The notes beneath the pieces are model-generated. The model had not been told where the DNA came from. It ran no database searches and worked only from the letters and a program-made list of their open reading frames with translations. Below, piece after piece: positions 12,952 through 21,320 of a stretch of DNA of 64,000 bases (the stretch's first letter is position 1; every line of letters begins with the position of its first letter). A program made the position numbers and the translations under genes. The stretch comes from Schizochytrium sp. TIO01. Taxonomy: Eukaryota; Protista; Bigyra: Labyrinthulomycetes. The stretch spans positions 1,557,270 to 1,621,269 of the forward strand of contig SMSO01000007.1 in the NCBI GenBank assembly GCA_004764695.1, read 5' to 3'.

Positions 12952-13304
12952 AAAAGTAATTACAAGTTACTACCAAATATAAAAGTTATATAAAAATTAT
13001 TTTTCACATCAAGCCTTGTAATTGCCAACCTATTTCACAAAACCAAAGCCCAGTTGACTCACTTCGAGACTATTGCACCCAGGTACTAGCTAAACTTCGG
13101 AAATTTTACTCCAGCTTCGCCATAAAAGTAATTACAAGTTACTACCAAATAAAAAGTTATTTTTCACATATAAAAAGTTATTCTTCACATCAAGCCTTGT
13201 AATTGCCAACCTATTTCACAAAACCAAAGCCCGCTTGACTCACTTCGAAACTATTGCACCCAGGTACTAGCTAAACCTCGGAAATTTTACTGCGGCTTCA
13301 CCAT
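12952..13304. repeat. Intergenic direct tandem duplication (copy 1 12952-13123, copy 2 13124-13304)
   Basis: Both copies start AAAAGTAATTACAAGTTACTACCAAAT. They share long near-identical blocks (CACATCAAGCCTTGTAATTGCCAACC..., CTATTGCACCCAGGTACTAGCTAAAC) with a few substitutions and an indel. Confidence 0.95.
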
Positions 13305-13704
13305 GCCTATACTCGGCGCACACCCTGAAATGCCTGCTCCTATGTTTTCACCTATCTACATCTATGCAATAGGCAACTGCTATTTCCATTGAACAGTAGG
13401 CTGCTTCAGTCGCTCAAAATTCAAGAATCTGCTTACGAGCATGCAGAATCGTAGCGTCTGATGCTCTCATTTTAAGTTCTCAAAGATGACTTGATTCTTC
13501 AATCCTTAAGTTCGCGATTCCATTCACACCGCCAAATTTTCAATTTTGTTATTTCGCAAGTTTGCAATTTTCCAAATCAAACAGAAATTACTGCACATCA
13601 AATCCCAAACCAAATCCAGACCCACCTAATCACGAACGCGAGCCAAGCTCGCGCCGCTAAAGCGAGGAGCAAGGAAGCGGTGACCAACACTAGCGGCACC
13701 TTCG

Positions 13705-16275
13705 ATGTACAGTTTTCTAGTCTCTGCTGGCCGGGTGGGCGCCGGTGCCGGTGCTGGCGGTGTGGAAGGACGACGAAAGTGGCGCGATGCTGGAGCTCTG
13801 GAGCCGCGACTTCTAGTGCTCGACAACGTTCGCGGCGAGCTGGCCCTTGTAGATCCCTATGAATCTGTTATTTCTGCTCGCCTTCCACTCTCTAGCATCG
13901 CTCACGTCGGCTATTGCGAGCAGGCCATCGAGCCTTCTTCCGCGTCTTCATGGTCTTCGACGTCATCATCTCATGCTAGACGAACACCACGGCAGCCAAG
14001 AAGCCGTCTTGCAATCCTTCTTGCAATGTGGCCACCTCAAGGCGCCGTCGTAGCAGCAGGAGCTCGTGATGAAGATGGTGGGCTCCGCGTAGTGATCGTG
14101 CCAAGATTCGCGAGGGATTTTGATGCGATTAACCTGAGGATATTCCGGAGCCCGTGGACGCAAGATCAACTCGGAACGGCTTCTTTGGAGGCGTCCAGAG
14201 TGCTTGAGGGTGTAGAATCTGGAGAGGAGTGGGTTTTCGTAGATTGTGAAGAGGTCCGTAGCTTTGACAGAGACAGCTTTGGTGAGCAAGCGGCCGCGAA
14301 CGCGCACGGCGCACGGCACGCACAGCCGCAACCGAGGTTCGCAAAACCACCACAGGACCTGCGGATTGGTATATCGCAAACACATATTTGCCTACTGCAA
14401 GGCAATCGTATGTTTGGTGCCAACGGAAGGTTTGATGAAGAATATGGATATGCTCATGATAAAGGAGAAGACGGGGAACCTTCACTCCTGTTTCAAGAGA
14501 GCTTAGTGGGACTCGCGAGAGCAGCGTTGCTGGACGATGCAGTGGTTCTCATGCAATTTACGAGCGGACGTATCGTTCGAATAGCATGCGCAAAAGACAC
14601 TGACGTGCCAGCACTTGTTGCAGTACTTATGGGGCGTGCGTTTTACCTGCAAGGAGATCTGGCCAACACCGCAGAAAATGCCGTACTGGGCTGGTTTGAG
14701 GGTTCTACGGAAGCATTGTCTCGACTTGCAAAACTCGCAGGCATAAAACCTCGCCGACGTCCCACCAGACAAGAACGTAGGAATTCGGCTCGGTCGGAGC
14801 ATTGGCAAGAACAGCAGGAGCTGCACCCTGAGCAAGACCAGGAGGATTATGCGCAGCATCAAGGAGATGAACAACAAAATAGTGGAACTCACAGTGCGTC
14901 ACAAGAGGAGCGCCGAAAAGAACGCCAAAGAAGAAGATCGTCACGAAGGAACTCGGGCCTCAAGATCTCTCCACTCGGCTCATCGGCACGGGCTCTGGAG
15001 TTACATCAAGATCGCCCGCTCACAACCCAGTCGTCAACCGAAGGCACTTCTGCTGCAGCTCTATCTCAGGTGGGCCCAGAGATTGAAGCTGCTGCAGAAG
15101 TACTTGCGCGTGCGAGGCAGCTTCTAGCTAGGTCACCGTTGCGAACAGATGCGTCCAGTGGTCGCGGCTCATCTCGTGCTGATAGTGCCTCACTAGCCTC
15201 TCGAGACGTGATTGATCGTGAGGACAGTGCCAGCGAATTTAGTGAAGGAGACATTTTGCACGAGAATCGGCAAGGCCATCTCCCAGCAGGGCTTGATTCA
15301 AATGACGAATTCGATATAAGCGAGGGCGACGAAGAGGAAGGTGAGAGCGACATCGAAGAGGAAGAAGGCAGTGATGAAGAGGAAAGTGACGAGGAAGAGG
15401 AGGAGGAACAAAGTGAAGGAAATGGAGGAGATACTGATTCCAATGTTTATAAAGGTGTTCTACATAAAAATTCTAGCAATACACAAAAGACCAGCAAAGT
15501 CATGAGCCGTACTGTTGCAAACGAAGAGCCCCCACTGATGTTAATGCCTTCTATCCCACCACAATCTCCCACTGCTCTGGACAGCACAGTTGCAGAAGCT
15601 GCGCAGCCAGCACCAGCGTTTGTATCTGAAACTCCTGCGTTTTCTGGTGTCACACCACCAAAGCAAGAGGCTCCCCAGCTTTATGATGGCCCAAGGACAA
15701 ATGAGGTTGTCAGGTCACCCACTTTGAATGAGTCATCCCCAGTACCTGCATCAGTACCACTACCAGCGCCTACACCAATTGAACCAAACGCTGAACAGTC
15801 CACTACACAGCCGGCGCCTTCTCAGCTTACATCTGCCGCGCCACCACATTTGTCTGCAAAGGAGTTAGATGATTCAGAAATGGCAGTACCAGGTGCTCCA
15901 TCACCCTTAGCTTCGCCTCCATTGCCCAAAGTTGAGCCACTTCAATCGCATGGCTCTGAGACAAATCTGAGCAAGTCCTCATCTTTTTCAGGTAGCATGG
16001 ATGAAGGCTCTCCATTGGACAAGAGTATGGAAATCATGCGCATGAATGCGGCAAGACAAGGCCTAAGCGTTCCTGTTGTAGGAAGTGATGAAGATAGCCC
16101 TCTACCCCAACTAAGTAAGCGCAAACAACTGTCAGACCCAGCGTATAAACAACTGCAACAGCAGCGCAGGCGTTCCCAACCGTATCAACAGCAGTCCCAA
16201 AAGGGCGTCACCTTTGATGAAGAAAAAAAGCGTAAGAACAAGCGCCGCAGCACAACTAATTGTAAGCAACAATAA
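13705..16275 (+). CDS. Uncharacterised 856-aa protein: possible PH-like N-terminal folds, acidic and Pro-rich disordered region, polybasic + CaaX (CKQQ) C-terminus
   Basis: Long ATG-initiated ORF ending KKRKNKRRSTTNCKQQ*. The PH-like assignment is inference from the beta-strand pattern only. Confidence 0.8.
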   Translation: MYSFLVSAGRVGAGAGAGGVEGRRKWRDAGALEPRLLVLDNVRGELALVDPYESVISARLPLSSIAHVGYCEQAIEPSSASSWSSTSSSHARRTPRQPRSRLAILLAMWPPQGAVVAAGARDEDGGLRVVIVPRFARDFDAINLRIFRSPWTQDQLGTASLEASRVLEGVESGEEWVFVDCEEVRSFDRDSFGEQAAANAHGARHAQPQPRFAKPPQDLRIGISQTHICLLQGNRMFGANGRFDEEYGYAHDKGEDGEPSLLFQESLVGLARAALLDDAVVLMQFTSGRIVRIACAKDTDVPALVAVLMGRAFYLQGDLANTAENAVLGWFEGSTEALSRLAKLAGIKPRRRPTRQERRNSARSEHWQEQQELHPEQDQEDYAQHQGDEQQNSGTHSASQEERRKERQRRRSSRRNSGLKISPLGSSARALELHQDRPLTTQSSTEGTSAAALSQVGPEIEAAAEVLARARQLLARSPLRTDASSGRGSSRADSASLASRDVIDREDSASEFSEGDILHENRQGHLPAGLDSNDEFDISEGDEEEGESDIEEEEGSDEEESDEEEEEEQSEGNGGDTDSNVYKGVLHKNSSNTQKTSKVMSRTVANEEPPLMLMPSIPPQSPTALDSTVAEAAQPAPAFVSETPAFSGVTPPKQEAPQLYDGPRTNEVVRSPTLNESSPVPASVPLPAPTPIEPNAEQSTTQPAPSQLTSAAPPHLSAKELDDSEMAVPGAPSPLASPPLPKVEPLQSHGSETNLSKSSSFSGSMDEGSPLDKSMEIMRMNAARQGLSVPVVGSDEDSPLPQLSKRKQLSDPAYKQLQQQRRRSQPYQQQSQKGVTFDEEKKRKNKRRSTTNCKQQ

Positions 16276-16345
16276 TGAACTATGGAATGTTGTCCATTCT
16301 CTATGAATTGAAATTATCAATTTTTTGTATTGTTTGACTTGTACA

Positions 16346-16888
16346 TCATAAATTTCGCAGCAATTCATTCAAAAGTGCTGGGATGCCTTCTCCGGTTTTG
16401 CATGATGTACGAAATTTTTGGACACCCCATGACTCGCCCTGCTTATCATGAGTCTCCTCTGAAACTTGTATATTACCATCCGCATCAGACTTATTGCACA
16501 CAAGGATCATTCGCGCATCAGGGAGAGCACGGAGAACCTCGTTCCGCCAGAATAAGCATTTTTCAAAGGAGTCTGATCGCGTCATATCATAAATTAGCAA
16601 GGCCAGGTCCGCGCCACGATAGTTTTGCTGAACAATTGGAATGTAACGCGCAGCTCCACTGCAGGTCCACAACTCTACAATACCAGCCTCTGATGTTGTT
16701 GGCGATAGCGCCTCCAAGGAGGAGACCTCTACGCCTAAGGTTTCCAGGTGCTCTGGGTCAAACGGCTTTCCCAAAATTCTGCGTACAATGCTACTTTTCC
16801 CAACTCGAGAATCGCCCAGTACCAGTACTTTAATTTTCTGCGACACGCCACCAGAGTTATCAACACCATGCCCGCTAGGGGGCTCCAT
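16346..16888 (-). CDS. Atypical Rab-like small GTPase (degenerate G3, no prenylation tail)
   Basis: G1 GDSRVGKS, G2 ETLGV, G4 NKSD and G5 SCK are present. G3 reads WTCSGA. The protein ends LLNELLRNL*. Confidence 0.88.
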   Translation of the reverse strand: MEPPSGHGVDNSGGVSQKIKVLVLGDSRVGKSSIVRRILGKPFDPEHLETLGVEVSSLEALSPTTSEAGIVELWTCSGAARYIPIVQQNYRGADLALLIYDMTRSDSFEKCLFWRNEVLRALPDARMILVCNKSDADGNIQVSEETHDKQGESWGVQKFRTSCKTGEGIPALLNELLRNL

Positions 16889-17348
16889 GCTTGTCTGCTT
16901 TTCTCGACCCTATCAATTTTAAAAACGCTTTTGCAAGATCGGTGAAAAAGCTGAAAACCTTGCAAGACTCTATAAAGACTCTGCGTCCTAACCTTAACCC
17001 ACAATAAACTCAGCAACAACGATCCAAAATAGACACTTAAAGACCCTCAAGATATCCCTTCTTGCCTACTCGCCGTATCTTGATCGTCGTTGCGCCAAAG
17101 CCCACAGACCCGTTCTGCGTTGCGAATCTATTCCAAAATAAATTATGCATTCTTCGTTGTCTTTCTGCTAAGAGTAGGTTTCAAGAAACCGCTACAACCG
17201 TTAAAATTTGAAACGAGATGTTATGAAACGATACGTTACATACTTCAAGGTTACACAACTAGTTGAAAGTAAAGATCAATCGATAAACGGGGGTTGTGAG
17301 CGCTCAATCAATCGCCATTGCCGCCGCTGGTGAAGAGAGCGCAGCACG

Positions 17349-18869
17349 ATGGTACGTGCCCACGGTCGTAGCGTCCGCCCTACTGTTTTTTAATGATCCC
17401 TTTGAGCTGCCTGTGGCACACTGGAGGTAGCGTGCGGACGGTGTGAGTGGAGATGAGAAGCTGTCTCTGCTTGCTGGCCGCAGAAGGGAAGAACAAAAAA
17501 CGTAGTGAAGATGTCAACGACGCAAGATAAAGAAATCACAACCGGAAGACGGCACTGGGCGGTGAAGGTCGCGTGGATTCTGGGGGTGTAATCTTTGTTT
17601 GATGCTAAGCATGTTTGTTGCATGATGAGGGAATGACTAACGATGAGAAGATTTGATGGTTATCTTGATAAAATGAACTCGGTAATGCTGGGCAAATCTT
17701 TGATGTGGCTCCGCGTGCGCGACACCACCACTGAAATAAACATTCTTTCCTTTTTCGGTCACTTGGTGTGACTCTGATATGTCTGTGCTTTGCATCGCGG
17801 GCGCAATTCATGTTGTTTCTTGACGTGGATACAGAGCGCAAAGCAACACAAGGTTGACGAGGCACACAAAGACTCCATCTTCACGGTGGACTGGTTTCGT
17901 CATGTGCCCGAGAACCAGCTTCTTACGGGATCTGTAGATGAGACCGTAGCTACATGGACGATGGCCGAACAAAAGGGCAAGGAAGAACTCTCACGTAACA
18001 TGGTCTTTCCAGAGCACAGTTTGGGTGCAATTTCGGTTGTGAGCAACCCCCTTCACCCCAGTAAGTTTTCCATGTTGCACAGTTACTAAGCTCTTTGTTT
18101 CAGCATTCATAGATTCTGACGAATAGGGTTTATTTCGATTCTTGCATTGACAATATGATTTCTCAAAATAGTTGCAATTTCTTCGTCCATGGATACTCGC
18201 ATCCGCATCCTCGACCTTGAGGGCGGCACCGTGAAATCCACCGTGGACGTCGGCCCTGTGGAATGCTGGAAGATGACCTGCTCACCAAACGGTGCAAAGA
18301 TGGCCTCTGGTACGCACACGGGTGCAATTAACATCTGGGATATTGAAACACACAAACTTGAGTCTACCCTGGAGACGCAGGCTGGATTTGCTCTCACTGT
18401 TGCCTACAGCTCGGATGGCAAGCTTATTGCTACCGGCACCAAGGATGGTGCTATTTTTGTGTTTGACTTGGCAAGTGGAAGGCAAGTAGCATCTTTGACA
18501 GACCACACAATGCCGATTCGCTCTTTGTGTTTTGCTCCGGACAGTAACCTCCTCTATTCCGCTAGTGACGATATGACTGTAGGTATCTTCGATGCAGTCA
18601 AGGGTGCCCAAGTAGGCAGCTTGCGTGGCCATCTGTCTTGGGTGATGGATGTTGCGGCCAGCCCCAATGGACGTTTGCTGGCGACCGCCTCGAGTGACAA
18701 CACTGTCAAACTGTGGGATGTCATTGACCGGTCCTGTGTGCAGACCTTTGAAAAGTCCCACTCTGGCCAGGTTCATGGTGTTTCCTTCAACCACGATGGA
18801 TCAAGACTTGCCTCTGTTGGTGGAGAAGGTACGATTCAGACGTACACCATCTCTACGCCCTCTTCATGA
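17349..18869 (+). CDS. WDR61: WD40 protein WDR61/SKI8; join(17349..17351,17835..18060,18172..18869), ~308 aa
   Basis: Splice sites are ATG|GTACGT, ATACAG|, A|GTAAGT and AAATAG|, with consistent phases. The spliced product has AHKDSIFTVDW, IAISSSMDTRIR, DVGPVECW, HTMPIRSLCF and GHLSWVMDVA, co-linear with WDR61 as I recall it. Confidence 0.9.
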
Positions 18870-19174
18870 ATACCTCTACCTTCAACCTTCCATTCTAATA
18901 AACATTGCGTCCACATACCTACCCTTTAAAACAACTAGTTATATCACACTACATTTGCCCTTTCGTCTATTTGCCTTGTATGCATACCCTTACCATCACC
19001 GTTGCCTTCAAACAAGAACGTCGACAAGACATGTAGTGAACACTAGATAAAATACCTGTGAAAGGTTTCCTCAAGAGCATCTGAATAAACTTGGTGGAAC
19101 ATGTTGAGAGTCTGTGTTTCATTTTTTAACAATTTTAATCTAGGTTTACAAATAACTAAAAAGTACATACTATA

Positions 19175-20792
19175 TCACTCGTTGGAATACAATGCACGTA
19201 AGACTCGTGCTTCCTTCGGCTTTTTCAATGCTGGCTTTTCCCTCTTTTCAAACGCACCAGTCTTTTCAAAAATAGCAACAAAAAAACCACCAGTGTTATT
19301 CAAGTGCGGGGCAATGCGAATACATTTGCGAAGTTCAGCAGCAAAATTGGGGTCAGAAGGAGGAAAATGTGTCTTGCGAAAGCGATGTGTACAACGCCTG
19401 GGCCTAGATCGGCTCAATGCATCCTCATAGCTGGAAAACAACATTCCTGTGTCATCAATGACATCCCAAGAGGTCAAGCCTGGTACAACCTTCAAGGAAC
19501 CAAATTTGTCAGAGCAGTCCAGTAACTTCACTGGCGCTCGAGCAAGGATAGCTGCCACAACCGCTTCGTTCTCAAGCGGATTAAGAGAACATGTGCTATA
19601 TGCAATACGTCCGCCCACCCGGAGGAGGGATATTCCTCGCATCGCAATTTGCAGCTGGGTAGAGTGCAACGAAAGTCCATAGTGTGGAACCCAGTGGGAC
19701 CATAGACCATGATTTTTGCGTAAGGTCCCATCACCACTGCACGGAACATCACAAATAATTCGATCAAATTCCTCCTTCATGGAAGGGATAGTCTGAGCTT
19801 TATGACGAATTACCATCACTTTTGCAGCATCGCTATTACCTGAAAAGGGTAACAGGCGGTGAATAAGAATTCTTGCCCGGCGCCCATCGAGTTCATTTGC
19901 AACAACCGCGCCGGCTTGAGATTGTTTACCCTGACTCCGTTTGGCGAGCATCATGTCTAGTGCTTGGGATGTTTTACTTCCAGGTGCAGCACACATGTCA
20001 AGAACACGATGCTCAGGCTCAACTTGGAGAAGGCATACAGGAAGCATACTGACCACCTCTTGTCTTTCAATCAGGTTTAGTTTGCCCCGCTCGACAAGCC
20101 ACTGGCGCCATTCATGTAGTGGGGTACCAGGTTTAGTACGCTGCTTGATGTCAAGAACATTACCAACTCCAAGTTGCCATGCATCACACCAATCAAGGTA
20201 AGTGACATCGCCGCCATAGGCTCGAAGCTCAGCAAGAGCTTTGTCGGCTCCTTCTTGGCTACAATTAACTCGAAAGGTCACGGGTAGGGGTTTGCGCAAA
20301 GCCGCAAACATCTCCTCTACTTCAACATGTTGATCGAGCTGCCACGCATAATAGGCACGAAAGAAGTCTTCTGGCTCTCCGCCTTCAAAGATTGCTGTAG
20401 GTACGAATGAATCGTTGTAAAAAGGAAATAAACAGGTTAGTTAAGCTGCGCGTATTTGTAATGACATAGACTTGCATATAAGCAAGCAAGAAGACAGACG
20501 GAAAAAAATCATAATGAAGATATAGATTGTCGCCCAACCAGGTCCGAAGGCGATTGCTGCGAAGAGCTTAACCACCTCTGGACGAGGGTCCCCTCCGAGG
20601 AGGAGCGCCCCTGGCCAGGCATGTTGATCTCGGCTACCGAGGAATCCCATCAGCTATTCGGAGCAGCTGGGGGGCTAGTATGGTGCCTTAAATTTCTTAA
20701 TGTAAACTCGCCAAACGTGCTTATTTCTTTCTGCATGCCTGCTTCGGGTGTCCTCCTCATTTCTACTTACTGCGTCCGCGTCGGCGCCCCAT
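19175..20792 (-). CDS. NSUN2: NSUN2/Trm4-like RNA cytosine-C5 methyltransferase; join(complement 20771..20792, 19175..20394)
   Basis: Exon 1 MGRRRGR ends at a GTAAGT donor, and the CTACAG acceptor is at 20395-20400 in matching phase 1. Motifs: FFRAYY, LRKPLPVTFR, RQEVVSMLP, VLDMCAAPGSKT, FDRIICDVPCSGDG, YSTCSLNPLENEAVV and PHLNNTGGFFVA. Family is secure; orthology versus paralogy is not. Confidence 0.88.
20525..20688 (-). ncRNA. Intronic box H/ACA snoRNA, predicted guide for 18S rRNA pseudouridine in GAGGAAU[U]CCUAGUA (site equivalent to human 18S U1643, the SNORA41/ACA41 target)
   Basis: 5' hairpin: lower stem GGCACC/GGU(A)GCC, pocket AUACUAG + AUUCCUC, upper stem CCC..CAGCU/AGCUG..GGG. H box AGAUCA (20630-20625) lies 15 nt from the pocket top. 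The 3' hairpin is closed by GCCUGGCCAGG/CCUGGUUGGGC, followed by ACA (20530-20528). Sense to the host intron. Confidence 0.85.
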
Positions 20793-21320
20793 CGCGGTCA
20801 CGCCGGCTTCGCATGCACCATGCGAAGACCTGTCGCAACTGGGTTTCTAACCCCAACTAATTGGGGTTTGGATTGCCCACAACCAGGCAGATATGTTCTT
20901 TTAAATTTATCCTTATGGCTAACCTATGGATTCTAACACTTGCCTCCAATAATTCATGGCTCTCGCCACAGCCACGAATTTCTCAGCCAAGGGTTTTGCG
21001 GGTTCCCTGCGGGTTCCCTCTAATAAAGGTGTGTACTTAGTGCAACGGATCGCTGGAAGTGTAGCAATTTTGTGAATTGCGAGTTCTGTGATCTGTGATA
21101 AGAGAGTCAGGAGCGGGGAGATGCCATGACCCTCAAGCTTAAGGCGAGCATCTGAAGAGTTTGGGATGAGAAGCTGGTGAATGCTGGCGGAGACCACCCA
21201 ATCTTCAAGTAGCTGAAAGGGAGGAACAGGTTCTGCTCTTAGCTCTGCGATCTTGGACCTTGAGCTGGCTTTGCGATCTAAATGGCACCTCAGACGGAGT
21301 AGCGGCAGAAAGGCAGAGCA

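Noticed and set aside
17621-17780. Possible C/D snoRNA in WDR61 intron 1 (ATGATGA ... CTGA)
   Set aside because: No terminal stem and no rRNA antisense element that I could recognise.
20580-20685. RNase MRP, HDV-ribozyme or SRP interpretation of the structured intron segment
   Set aside because: The required pairings and spacing are missing. The H/ACA model explains the boxes, the spacing and the target.
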